Source: Alphaproteobacteria bacterium (GTDB taxonomy: Bacteria; Pseudomonadota; Alphaproteobacteria; JAAXGF01). From it: 64,000 nucleotides of DNA. Below are positions 27,826 to 50,928 of the stretch, in pieces. Numbering within the stretch: the first letter of the stretch is position 1; each line of letters starts with the position of its first letter. Location of the stretch: contig CAUVXB020000001.1 in the NCBI GenBank assembly GCA_963555825.3, positions 544,001 through 608,000 on the forward strand, written 5' to 3'. Both the position numbers and the translations under genes were made by a program. A model generated the notes under the pieces. It worked only from the letters and a program-made list of their open reading frames with translations, was not told where the DNA came from and searched no databases.

Positions 27826-29482
27826 TGGGTGTGGGTCTGGTATGGAAAATCTAAGTCATTGATTTAGTGCGTTTTTTGTGTCGAGACGAACGGCCGAAAT
27901 CGGCTATTCGTGACAATGGGCCGCTCCAAGGCAGGATTTTGTTACGACGGCAGGGTCGAGCAGGGGAAGGTGGGAACGCTCCGCACCGCCAGAAGCGGTA
28001 CGATGCCGTGTCTCGAAACCCAACATCGGGAGCATTCCCATGGCAGTATCCCCGCCTCCGGCGCCTTCGTCCATCGATCTTTCCGGCCTGCCTCCTCGGG
28101 TCGTCGAGGCGGCCGCCCGGGTGCTCGCACTGTGTCGCGAGGAGCTTCGTTCCGAGCCGCGCCCCGAGGCGCCCGAGGAGGTCGAGTTGCGGGTGCGTGA
28201 GGCCACGAACGAGTTCGCTCGCGATGTCATGGGCGCCGTCATCGAGAACCGGGACGATGGCGCTTCCCGGATCGAGCGGGACGGGCAGAGCTGGTTCCGG
28301 GTCGCGGTGACGCCGAAGACGATCATGACCTCGCTCGGTCCGGTGACCTACCGGCGAGCGCGTTACCGCAGCGGCGCGAGCGGGGCATCGCCGGTGCCGG
28401 TCGACGAGAGCCTGGGCCTCGTCGACGATTACCTGACGCGGCCGGCGGCCGAGCTCGGTCTGCTGATGATGGGTCACTGCACGGCCCGGGAAGCGGCGGC
28501 GTTCTTTGCGAAGACCGGCGCCATGACGCCGTCGGTGAGCACCCTGCAGCGCCTGACCCTGAGCATGCACGAATGCTGGGAGAGCCTCGGCCCGGAGACG
28601 CTGGGCAGCATCCGTGAGGCCGAGGGCATACCCGCAGGACGCGACCACCGCCTCGGTCTCCCTCGACGGCGTCATGGTGCCGCTGAGACCCGGCGAGGAC
28701 GGTCGCGCCAAGGCCTCCTGGCGCGAGGCTGCCTGCGGCACGGTCTCCTTCCACGACGCCGAGGGCAAGCGCCTGAAGACCCTCTATCTCGGCCGCATGC
28801 CGGAGAGCGGCAAGCTCACGCTGAAGGCGCAGCTTGCAAGCGAAGTCGCACACATCAGGCGAGCACGCCCCGAGATCGGGATCGTCGCTATCGCCGATGG
28901 CGCCGCCGACAACTGGACCTTCCTGGAGACCCTGTCGCCCGAAACCGAGGTGATCGACTTCTGGCATGCTTGCGAACATCTGCAAACCGCGTCCGACCAT
29001 GCCGTGGCGCCCGGCTGGTTCGAGAAGTACCGCGAGATCCTCCGTCACGATCCCCGTGGCGTCGCCAAGGTGATCCGGGCGCTGCGCCACCTTCGCGATG
29101 CCGCCGCTGCGCCGGACCGGGCCGAGACCGAGCGGGAACTCGCCTTCTTCCGCAAGCATCGCCATCGCATGCGCTACCACGCCCTGAAGGAAGAGGGCAT
29201 CGCCATCGGCTCAGGCGTGGTCGAAGCTGCCAACAAGACCCTGGTGACACAGCGCATGAAGCGCTCCGGCATGCGCTGGCGGATCGTCGGCGGACAGGCT
29301 GTTCTGACCTTCCGCGCCCTGATCAAATCCGGCCGCTTCGAGCGGGCATGGAAGGCCCTGATCAGCGCAACCGACACACCGGCCAACGACAACATCAGTC
29401 CACGTGCAGCAGCCATGGCAATCGCTGCCTGAACTCAACGAACCAAGCCGCAGACATCACTGCCATGCGAGACTCGCACCCA
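27826..29482 (+). mobile_element. ISKra4/ISLre2-like (UPF0236) element
   Basis: IRs TGGGTGTGGGTCTGGTATGG / TGGGTGCGAGTCTCGCATGG; imperfect 7-bp TSD GCTGGAC / GCCGGAC. Confidence 0.8.
28040..29432 (+). pseudogene. ISKra4/ISLre2-like transposase with +1 frameshift near 28632
   Basis: TIMTSLGPVTYRRARY, SLDGVMV, IADGA, DFWHACEHL, IGSGVVEAANK; extra C in ATACCCGCAG. Confidence 0.8.
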
Positions 29483-29860
29483 GCCGGACACCTCGCCGAT
29501 CATGAAGGCACAGCCCGCGCAAATCAGCGCGATCCATGGCAAGAGGCCCCGGTGCTGGCGCGCCGCCGGCATGCGAAGCGCGGCAATGCCGTATACTAGC
29601 GCGACAAGCAACACGACGACCTGGACGTTTTCTAGAATGCCCAACTCGCCGTCGAAATATTGCGCATAATACTGGGCATCCCAAAACGCAACGGCATACA
29701 AGACGCATATGGTGGCGAGCGGGATGGCCAGGGTCATCCAACGCGACAATTCCGCTTCGATACCCGCCGACGGGCGATCGCTTGCGGCTCCGTTCGACCG
29801 ACCGTTACCCGTCCGCTCGCTCTCCGACATCCGAGTTCTGTTTCCGTGCTATCGATATTC

Positions 29861-29936
29861 TGGTGCCGGCGGCAGGAATCGAACCCGCGACCTGATGCTT
29901 ACAAGGCAACTGCTCTACCAACTGAGCTACGCCGGC
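29861..29936 (-). tRNA. tRNA-Thr(UGU)
   Basis: GCCGGCGTAGCTCAGTTGGTAGAGCA...CT-TGT-AA...GGTTCGATTCCTGCCGCCGGCACCA; 76 nt with CCA. Confidence 0.96.
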
Positions 29937-30790
29937 CCGGACGCGGGGCGCACGATAGCGCCGAGACCCGCCCCGGGCAAGCTTGCCGCTGCGCCATCGG
30001 CAACCGCCAGCGCATAGAGAGCGACCGCGGCGGCGGCCGCGACGTTCAGGCTTTCGACGGCGTCCGAGATCGGCAGATGAACCGCCACGTCGCAACCGTC
30101 ACGGGTCAGGCGCCGCAGACCCGGCCCTTCGGCGCCGAGGACCAGCGCGATGGGCCCGTCGGGGGCGCCGCCGGCAATCGGCGCGGCCGCGGCACGGTCG
30201 AGCCCGACCACCCAATAGCCCAGTGTCTTGAGGCTCGCGAGGGCACGAGCGAGGTTGGCTACGCGCACCAGCGGCACGATATCGAGCGCGCCGGATGCCG
30301 CCTTGGCGAGCGCGCCGCTTTCATGCGGCGCATGGCGGTCCGGCACGATTACGGCGCGGACGTCGAACGCCGCCGCCGCGCGCAGAACCGCGCCGACGTT
30401 CTGCGGGTCGGTAACCCGATCGAGGACGACGACCCGCTGCGCGGCGTTTCCGCTCGTCGCGCAGGCAGTCTCCAGGGACAAACCGGCCAGCGGGACGCAT
30501 TCCAGCGCGAGGCCCTGATGCACGGCGCCGGGCGGTAACGCGCGGCTGATCTCGTCACGTTCGGTCTCGACGATGGTCAACCCTGGCCGGCCGAAGTCTT
30601 CGCCCAGGTCGCCGCGGAGCTCGGCGAGCGCGGGAGGCGTCGCCGACAGGCGTCGGCAGTCGCGTTCCGGGTTGCCGAGCGCGGCGATAACCGCGTGCCG
30701 GCCGTACAGCCGGACCGGCACGTCGGACGAAGTTCCGCGGCGTGGCGGCCGGGACTTCTGGTAGCTCGATCTGGGCTTGCGTCGGGTCAT
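29927..30790 (-). CDS. rlmB: 23S rRNA Gm2251 2'-O-methyltransferase (SPOUT)
   Basis: LYGRHAV, HQG, LDRVTDPQNVGAVLR, LGAEGPGLR, ESLNV; usual position divergent from tRNA-Tyr/Gly-tuf. Confidence 0.9.
   Translation of the reverse strand: MTRRKPRSSYQKSRPPRRGTSSDVPVRLYGRHAVIAALGNPERDCRRLSATPPALAELRGDLGEDFGRPGLTIVETERDEISRALPPGAVHQGLALECVPLAGLSLETACATSGNAAQRVVVLDRVTDPQNVGAVLRAAAAFDVRAVIVPDRHAPHESGALAKAASGALDIVPLVRVANLARALASLKTLGYWVVGLDRAAAAPIAGGAPDGPIALVLGAEGPGLRRLTRDGCDVAVHLPISDAVESLNVAAAAAVALYALAVADGAAASLPGAGLGAIVRPASGPA
29952..29980 (-). promoter_or_regulatory. Putative sigma70 promoter of tRNA-Thr inside the rlmB 3' end
   Basis: TTGCCC-N17-TATCGT followed by a GC-rich discriminator. Confidence 0.5.
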
Positions 30791-30798
30791 GGTTTATT

Positions 30799-32440
30799 CC
30801 CGCATTTCCCAAGTATCGTCGATATTCAGTGCGGCGAGAAGGCGATTCTGCTATAAGAATCATGAAGTTGTAGCATACATGGAGCGGCGGATATGGCACA
30901 CCCGATGGGTGAATCGAAACCGGGGTGCCTTCGGGTCGTTTTTGACCGTCGATTGAAGCTTGAATTCCACGGTTCCAAGATCACCTCTGATGCCGGGTTG
31001 CTCGCCTACCGGGAGCTTGACGATGCCCTCGGCCTGACTGAGATGGCCGAGGGTGTTTTCCAGGATAGCCGTACCGGCAAGAACGGATGGCACGGCATGA
31101 CGGGTCAGTTTCGCCAGTCCGTTTTCGGGCGCCTTGGCGGCTATGACGATGTGAACGACGCCGACCGTCTGGGACGCGATCCCGCCATGCGCTGGATTGT
31201 TGGCGGCAAGGCCATCGAAAGACAGGCCGCTTCCACCAGCCAGATGGGACGCTTCGAGACGGAGCTATTGGCCACCGACGAGAACGTTGAAGCCTTGGTC
31301 GACATGAACGGGGTGTGGATCGACAAGGTTCATGACCGCCATCCGCCGAAGATGATCATTCTCGACATGGACAGCAGCGTCAGCCCGACCCATGGCGAAC
31401 AAGAGGGAACAGCGTACAATGGTCACTTCGGCTGTACCTGCTAGCATCCGCTATTCCTGTTCAACCAGTTCGGCGACTTGGAGAGATGTTCCCTGCGCCC
31501 CGGTAATGTTCACAGTGCCGACGGATGGCGGAATGTTCTGGAGCCGGTGGTGATGCGCTATAAGGAAAGGAAGGTGCGGCTGTATTTTCGTGGCGATGCC
31601 GCCTTCGCCTCACCGGAGATATACGAATATCTCGAAGCCGAGGGATTACTCTACGTCATCCGCCTCAAAGCGAACGCGATTCTCCAGCGGAACATTGCCC
31701 ATCTGCTTACGCGACCTGTCGGTCGCCCGCCCGACCATGTTCGCCGTTTCCACGCCAGCTTCAGCTATCAGGCCGGATCGTGGAACAAGAAGCGCCGTGT
31801 CGTGGCCAAAGTGGAGTGGCACCCCGGCGAGCTGGTTCCTCGCGTCGGTTTCATCGTCACTAATCTGTCGCGCCCTACCAAGCGGGTGGTGGCGTTCTAT
31901 AATCACCGTGGCACGGCGGAGCAGCACATCAAGGAAGGCAAGAACGCCATCAACTGGACCCGTCTGTCATGTCGCAAGTTCCGCAACAATGCCGTTCGGC
32001 TCCAGCTTCACGCCCTGGCCTACAATCTGGGCAACTTCATGAGGACACTGGCTTTGCCGAAGGAGGTGGAGCACTGGTCGATGACGACGTTGCGCGACAA
32101 GCTGGTGAAGATCGGGGCCAAGGTTGTCCGACATGGCCGCTACGTTACGTTCCAATTGGCTGAGGTGGCGGTGCCGAGGGACCTGTTCCGGAAAATCCTG
32201 AGCTTGATTGATGATCTGCGACGAAGACCCGCTCCGGCGTAGGCCGAGGGAATCGACGGCGAGGAGAAAGCGACAGGAGAGGTGTGTCTGGATGGCGAGA
32301 AAAATGACCGAGTGGCCTTCCAAGCGCGGGCCGATTACCAAAATCATGCCATCGGATGGCTGCATAGGGGATACAGTTCCCTTGGCGGTGGGAAAGTGGT
32401 ACGATTTCCACGAATTTGGATGGTATATGGGGAATGTCGG
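30799..32440 (+). mobile_element. IS1380-family element, copy 2
   Basis: IRs CCCGCATTTCCCAAGTA / CCGACATTCCCCATATA; 5-bp TSD TTATT (30794-30798, 32441-32445). Confidence 0.92.
30893..32242 (+). pseudogene. IS1380 transposase with in-frame TAG at 31442-31444
   Basis: TGC TAG CAT versus TGC TAT CAT in copy 1; same frame on both sides of the stop. Confidence 0.88.
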
Positions 32441-32442
32441 TT

Positions 32443-32472
32443 ATTATAACTTCCAGGATTCGACGTGCGCAA
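32443..32472 (-). promoter_or_regulatory. Displaced native rlmB promoter
   Basis: TTGCGC-N18-TATAAT; before insertion it lay 5 nt from the rlmB ATG. Confidence 0.55.
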
Positions 32473-32540
32473 CCTTATCAGTTCGAAACGGCCTCCTATA
32501 TATGGTGTTCGCGAGACGGCGTTCGCGCCCGTCAAAATCA

Positions 32541-32568
32541 TTGACAACGCAGCGGGAATTCCCATAGT
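32541..32568 (+). promoter_or_regulatory. sigma70 promoter for tRNA-Tyr/tRNA-Gly/tuf
   Basis: TTGACA-N16-CATAGT with GC-rich discriminator GCGC. Confidence 0.65.
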
Positions 32569-32605
32569 GCGCTCTTCCGCTACGACCGCTGACCCGCGTC
32601 TGCGC

Positions 32606-32691
32606 GGAGGGGTGGCCGAGTGGTTAAAGGCAGCAGACTGTAAATCTGCCGACGTACGTCTACGTAGGTTCGAATCCTACCCCCTCCACCA
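32606..32691 (+). tRNA. tRNA-Tyr(GUA)
   Basis: GGAGGGGTGGCCGAGTGGTTAAAGG..CT-GTA-AA, long variable arm, GGTTCGAATCC..CCA. Confidence 0.97.
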
Positions 32692-32724
32692 CGGCGCGGC
32701 ATCTCGATGGGCTGAAGGCAACAT

Positions 32725-32798
32725 GCGGGTGTAGCTCAGTGGTAGAGCTCCAGCCTTCCAAGCTGGCTACGCGGGTTCGATCCCCGCCACCCGCTCCA
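32725..32798 (+). tRNA. tRNA-Gly(UCC)
   Basis: GCGGGTGTAGCTCAGTGGTAGAGC..CT-TCC-AA..GGTTCGATCCC..CCA; 74 nt. Confidence 0.97.
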
Positions 32799-32878
32799 AG
32801 GTCGGGTATTTGGGCGGTGGCGAACGACGAAAGTAGGCGACGGGCGACCTCAACCCCTGGATTTTGAGAGTTAAGGCG

Positions 32879-34069
<1,191 letters not shown>

Positions 34070-34145
34070 CTGGGGAGGCATATGGCGGGGCTGCTGGCCG
34101 TGCGCGTGAGCGCCGTTGCGGCCAATGCGCCGAATTGGGCGCGCT

Positions 34146-34221
34146 AGGAGTGTAGCTCAACTGGTAGAGCACCGGTCTCCAAAACCGGGGGCTGGGGGTT
34201 CGAGTCCCTCCACTCCTGCCA
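34146..34221 (+). tRNA. tRNA-Trp(CCA)
   Basis: AGGAGTGTAGCTCAACTGGTAGAGC..CT-CCA-AA..GGTTCGAGTCC..CCA. Confidence 0.97.
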
Positions 34222-34285
34222 GCGCAGCTCCAGTCGCGTTACGCCGCCGCCTGTCGATAGGCTAATTGAAGGAATTGCCGAGAGT

Positions 34286-34483
34286 ATGGCCAAGACGTCG
34301 CCTAACGAGTTCGTTCGACAGGTTCGCCAGGAGACCGCGAAGGTCACCTGGCCGTCCCGTAAGGAGACGTTGGTCACCACCGGCATGGTGTTCGTGATGG
34401 TTTTTCTGATGGCGATATTCTTCTTCTTCGCCGATCAACTGTTGTCTTGGGGCGTGCGCCTTGTCCTGGGTCTTGGAGGCTGA
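34286..34483 (+). CDS. secE: Preprotein translocase SecE
   Basis: FVRQVRQETAKVTWPSRKET plus one TM; synteny. Confidence 0.97.
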   Translation: MAKTSPNEFVRQVRQETAKVTWPSRKETLVTTGMVFVMVFLMAIFFFFADQLLSWGVRLVLGLGG

Positions 34484-34485
34484 GC

Positions 34486-35016
34486 GTGGCGAAACACTGG
34501 TACATCATCCACGTCTATTCGGGCTTCGAGAAGAAGGTCGCCCAGTCGATTCGCGAACAGGTCCAGACGAAGAGCCTCGCCGACGTCATCGAAGAGGTTC
34601 TGGTGCCGACCGAGGAAGTCGTCGAGATGCGCCGCGGTCAGCGGGTGTCGACCGAACGTAAGTTCTTCCCGGGCTACGTGCTGGTGCATATGGAACTCAG
34701 TGATGAGAGCTGGCATATCGTCAAGAACACGCCGAAGGTCACCGGGTTCTTGGGCGCGGGCGGACGACCGACGCCGATCTCGGAGGCCGAGGCGCGGCGT
34801 GTGATTCACCAAGTGCAGGAGGGCGTCGAGCGGCCCAAGCCGTCGATCACCTACGAGATCGGCGAGTTGGTGCGCGTCTGCGACGGCCCGTTCAGTTCGT
34901 TCAACGGCTTGGTCGAGGATGTCGACGAGGAGCGGGCTCGGCTCAAGGTCGCGGTGTCGATATTCGGTCGCGCAACCCCGGTCGAGCTCGAGTATACGCA
35001 GGTCGAAAAGACCTGA
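34486..35016 (+). CDS. nusG: Transcription termination/antitermination factor NusG
   Basis: WYIIHVYSGFE, FFPGYVLV, KOW DGPF, SIFGRATPVEL. Confidence 0.98.
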   Translation: MAKHWYIIHVYSGFEKKVAQSIREQVQTKSLADVIEEVLVPTEEVVEMRRGQRVSTERKFFPGYVLVHMELSDESWHIVKNTPKVTGFLGAGGRPTPISEAEARRVIHQVQEGVERPKPSITYEIGELVRVCDGPFSSFNGLVEDVDEERARLKVAVSIFGRATPVELEYTQVEKT

Positions 35017-35047
35017 TAGCGCCGCCGCCGGTGGCGGTGGATTTAGA

Positions 35048-35078
35048 GCGCGGGAGGCTCGCCACGGCCGCACCGCGC
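35048..35078 (+). promoter_or_regulatory. Putative L1-binding leader of rplK
   Basis: GCGCGGGAGG..CCGCACCGCGC stem with GGAG internal loop upstream of rplK. Confidence 0.5.
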
Positions 35079-35101
35079 CCCGACATGATTGAGGGATTGA
35101 G

Positions 35102-35530
35102 ATGGCGAAGAAGATAGACGGCTATATCAAGCTACAGGTGCCGGCGGGCAAGGCGAATCCTTCGCCGCCGATCGGCCCGGCGTTGGGTCAGCGGGGCGTC
35201 AACATCATGGCGTTCTGCAAGGAATTCAACGCCGCAACGCAGAACATGGAGCCGGGCATGCCGATCCCGGTGGTGATTACGGTCTACGCCGACCGGTCGT
35301 TCAGCTATATCTCGAAGACGCCTCCGGCGAGCTATTTCCTGAAGCGTGCCGCGGGTCTCGAGAAGGGCGCGCCGGAAGCGGGCCGTGAGTCGGTCGGTCA
35401 GGTCACCATGAAACAGGTACGCGAGATCGCCGAGAAGAAGATGGTCGATCTCAACGCCAACGATATCGACGCGGCGTGCCGGATCATTGCCGGGTCGGCG
35501 CGATCTATGGGCCTCGAGGTGGTGGAGTAG
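35102..35530 (+). CDS. rplK: 50S ribosomal protein L11
   Basis: [27 protein letters not shown]. Confidence 0.99.
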   Translation: MAKKIDGYIKLQVPAGKANPSPPIGPALGQRGVNIMAFCKEFNAATQNMEPGMPIPVVITVYADRSFSYISKTPPASYFLKRAAGLEKGAPEAGRESVGQVTMKQVREIAEKKMVDLNANDIDAACRIIAGSARSMGLEVVE

Positions 35531-35534
35531 ACCG

Positions 35535-36233
35535 ATGTCAAAACTTGGAAAACGCTTGGCCGCCGCCGTCGAAAGCATCGACAGGGAACACCTTTACGAT
35601 CTCGCGGACGCGGTCAAGATGGTCAAGGAGCGGGCGACTGCCAAGTTCGACGAAACCATCGAGATCGCCATCAATCTCGGTGTCGATCCGCGCCATGCCG
35701 ATCAGATGGTGCGCGGCGTCGTACAACTGCCCCACGGCACGGGCCGCTCGGTTCGCGTCGCGGTGTTCGCGCGCGGACCCAAGGCCGAGGAGGCGCAAGA
35801 GGCGGGCGCCGACGTGGTTGGCGCCGAGGATCTCGCCGAACGGGTCCAGAAGGGCGAGATCGACTTCGATCGCTGCATCGCGACACCGGACACCATGCCG
35901 ATCGTCGGCCGCCTGGGCAAGATCCTGGGTCCGCGCGGCATGATGCCGAACCCGAAGCTCGGCACCGTGACACAGGACGTTGCTCAGGCCGTCGCCGACG
36001 CCAAGGGCGGCAGTATCCAGTTTCGCGTCGAAAAGGCCGGTATCATCCATTCCGGCGTCGGCAAGGCGAGTTTCTCGGAAGAGCAACTAATCGAAAACCT
36101 GCGTGCCTTCGTTGGCGCGATCACCCGGGCTAAGCCATCGGGCTCCAAGGGCACCTACCTCAAGCGGGTGGCGCTCAGCTCGACGATGGGGCCGGGCGTC
36201 AAGGTCGACGTCGCGAGCCTCGCGGGAGGTTGA
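35535..36233 (+). CDS. rplA: 50S ribosomal protein L1
   Basis: [34 protein letters not shown]. Confidence 0.99.
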   Translation: MSKLGKRLAAAVESIDREHLYDLADAVKMVKERATAKFDETIEIAINLGVDPRHADQMVRGVVQLPHGTGRSVRVAVFARGPKAEEAQEAGADVVGAEDLAERVQKGEIDFDRCIATPDTMPIVGRLGKILGPRGMMPNPKLGTVTQDVAQAVADAKGGSIQFRVEKAGIIHSGVGKASFSEEQLIENLRAFVGAITRAKPSGSKGTYLKRVALSSTMGPGVKVDVASLAGG

Positions 36234-36327
36234 ATACGCCCCTTGTGGGCGATGCGTTCCGTCGCGGGCCGGTGAAGACTGGCGCGAGGCGGTGAAAGGG
36301 GAGCCGGCGGTGCCGTGCTCTTCAACC

Positions 36328-36410
36328 TGTCCAAGACTGCGGGTGCGGTGGTGGCCTAGTCACCGCGGCTCAAAGAGAGAGTTTCTCTCGCCGGCACAGA
36401 CGGGGGGTCG
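36328..36410 (+). promoter_or_regulatory. L10 leader (rplJL autoregulatory RNA), approximate bounds
   Basis: CTGTCCAAGACTGCGGGT...CCGGCACAGACGGGG pattern in the long rplA-rplJ spacer. Confidence 0.55.
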
Positions 36411-36560
36411 ACTCCGCGAATTACGGGCCCACGGGCGTCGTGATCGGGGGTTTGAACTTCTGGGACAGGCGAACCGGACCATGTCGGATCGCTGGCGGGT
36501 CCAAGCGTAACCGGGACGGGCGGCGCAAGCCGAGACGTCCCAACCAACTGGAGACGATCA

Positions 36561-37079
36561 GTGGACCGATCGCAGAAGGAGCAGATTGTAGCCAACCTGC
36601 ACCAGATCTTCGCCAACACCTCGCTGGTGGTGGTGACGCATCAGGTCGGATTGTCTGTTGCCGATGCCACCGATCTTCGGCGTCGGATGGGCGAGGCGGG
36701 GGCCACCTTCCGGGTGACCAAGAACCGGCTTACCAAGATCGCGCTCGAAGATACGTCGTTTGCCGAGCTCGCCGAAATGTTCGTCGGGCCCACCGCAATC
36801 GCCTTTTCGGAGGACCCGGTGGCGGCGGCACGTGTCGTGGTCGACTACGCGAAGAAGAACGACGGCTTGCAAATAGTTGGCGGCGCGTTGGGCGAGAAGA
36901 TGCTCGACGTGAACGGCGTCAAGGCGCTCGCCAGCCTGCCGTCGCTCGACGAGCTTCGCGGGACGATCATCGGCTTGCTCAACGCGCCTGCGACCAAGGT
37001 CGCCGGCGTGCTTCAGGCGCCGGCGGGCCAGTTAGCCCGAGTGCTCGGCGCCTATGCGCAAACCGGTGAAGCGGCCTGA
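36561..37079 (+). CDS. rplJ: 50S ribosomal protein L10
   Basis: VTKNRLTKIAL, GPTAIAF, LASLPSLDELR. Confidence 0.98.
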   Translation: MDRSQKEQIVANLHQIFANTSLVVVTHQVGLSVADATDLRRRMGEAGATFRVTKNRLTKIALEDTSFAELAEMFVGPTAIAFSEDPVAAARVVVDYAKKNDGLQIVGGALGEKMLDVNGVKALASLPSLDELRGTIIGLLNAPATKVAGVLQAPAGQLARVLGAYAQTGEAA

Positions 37080-37140
37080 GCGGTGTCAACAGGAACAGCT
37101 ACGAACCAGACGAGAAACGTTCAAACTTTAGGAGAAGACC

Positions 37141-37515
37141 ATGGCTGATTTGGCCAAAATTGCAGACGAACTTTCCGGCCTCACCGTGATGGAGGCCGCC
37201 GAACTGAGTACGATGCTTGAGGAGAAATGGGGCGTGTCGGCAGCTGCGCCGGTTGCCGTTGCCGCGGCGCCTGCCGCCGCCGACACGGCTGCCGCCGAAG
37301 AGCAGACCGAGTTCTCGGTCGTTCTCGCCAGCTATGGCGAAAAGAAGATCAACGTCATCAAGGAGGTCCGGGCGATCACCGCTCTCGGCCTCAAGGAGGC
37401 CAAGGATCTCGTCGAAAGCGCGCCCAGTGCGGTCAAAGAGGGCATCGAGAAAGCCGAGGCCGACAAGATCAAAGAGCAGTTGGAGGCCGCAGGGGCCACC
37501 GTTGAGATCAAGTAG
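37141..37515 (+). CDS. rplL: 50S ribosomal protein L7/L12
   Basis: [24 protein letters not shown]. Confidence 0.99.
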   Translation: MADLAKIADELSGLTVMEAAELSTMLEEKWGVSAAAPVAVAAAPAAADTAAAEEQTEFSVVLASYGEKKINVIKEVRAITALGLKEAKDLVESAPSAVKEGIEKAEADKIKEQLEAAGATVEIK

Positions 37516-37620
37516 CGTCACTAGCGTCTGTTTGTCGTGCTGCCTGCGCCGCACGACGCGACCACACCGGCCGGCCGCTTCGGCGGCCGCGCCGGCTAAT
37601 CGATGATTCGAGGAGTCCGC

Positions 37621-41709
<4,089 letters not shown>

Positions 41710-41782
41710 GAAGCATCACCCGAACGGGTGCGGCCTGGTCGGGCCGGCCCGAATCGCATCCGGGGTGCTCCCGGAACGGTGA

Positions 41783-46012
<4,230 letters not shown>

Positions 46013-46102
46013 CCTTCGGTCGCTGCGCGGCGGCAAACGGGGGAGGTTCGTGGCAAGACGCGGAAAATCGCTATTTTCCGCCGATTTCGCGTCCAATTTG
46101 GC

Positions 46103-46131
46103 TTGACGGGGGTGGGTCGCGAACCTAGTAT
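46103..46131 (+). promoter_or_regulatory. sigma70 promoter of the str operon
   Basis: TTGACG-N17-TAGTAT followed by GC-rich GCCGC. Confidence 0.7.
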
Positions 46132-46317
46132 GCCGCTCCGCGGGCGTTGGTGGTAGAACCTTGCGTTTTAGACGCAGCGCCTGAAGACAACGAGTAGACA
46201 TAGACTTTATGCCGTAAGGGCCGGCGAAATCTGCCCTCAGGAAGCAGGCGAGGTCTGCTAAGCCCGGCGTGTCATGCGACTTCGTCGGGCCGATGTTTTA
46301 CTGGAAAGAGACTGGCG

Positions 46318-47173
<856 letters not shown>

Positions 47174-47203
47174 TGCGTGATTCTTTTGTAGAGTAGACGA
47201 ACC

Positions 47204-49279
<2,076 letters not shown>

Positions 49280-49349
49280 GGCGCGCCGGTTCGTGCGCCC
49301 GACGGGCGCAAGATATGAACGCGATAGAGAAGTTACGGAGAACGTAGCG

Positions 49350-50540
<1,191 letters not shown>

Positions 50541-50609
50541 CTGGGACAAAGGGACGGCTGACAAGCCGAAAGGGTGACGACGATGGCGACTACTGGCGGA
50601 AGCAGCAGC

Positions 50610-50918
50610 ATGGAACACCAGAACATCCGGATTCGGTTGAAGGCATTCGACCACCGGGTGCTCGACCAGTCGACCGGTGAGATCGTCAGCACCGCCAAGC
50701 GCACGGGTGCGCAGGTGCGGGGCCCGATCCCCCTGCCGACGCGGATCGAACGCTTCACGGTGTTGCGCTCGCCGCACATCGACAAGAAGTCGCGTGAGCA
50801 GTTCGAGATCCGCACTCACAAGCGTCTGCTGGACATCATCGATCCGACGCCGCAGACGGTCGACGCGCTGATGAAACTCGACCTCGCCGCCGGCGTCGAC
50901 GTCGAGATCAAGCTGTAG
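50610..50918 (+). CDS. rpsJ: 30S ribosomal protein S10
   Basis: [32 protein letters not shown]. Confidence 0.99.
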   Translation: MEHQNIRIRLKAFDHRVLDQSTGEIVSTAKRTGAQVRGPIPLPTRIERFTVLRSPHIDKKSREQFEIRTHKRLLDIIDPTPQTVDALMKLDLAAGVDVEIKL

Positions 50919-50928
50919 GGGCTGAACG

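Larger units (their letters stand above)
27402..29830 (-). pseudogene. Polytopic membrane protein split by IS
   Basis: 5' half 29830-29483 (..E.Q..FMIGEVS) and 3' half 27825-27402 (SYGQHFMGWQTPE..NKQQETNLHN) rejoin in frame after removing the IS and one TSD. Confidence 0.8.

Noticed and set aside
31442-31444. TAG read-through (pyrrolysine or recoding) in the IS1380 transposase
   Set aside because: The sister copy has TAT (Tyr), and TAG is used as a normal stop in many core genes here. It is a simple nonsense mutation.
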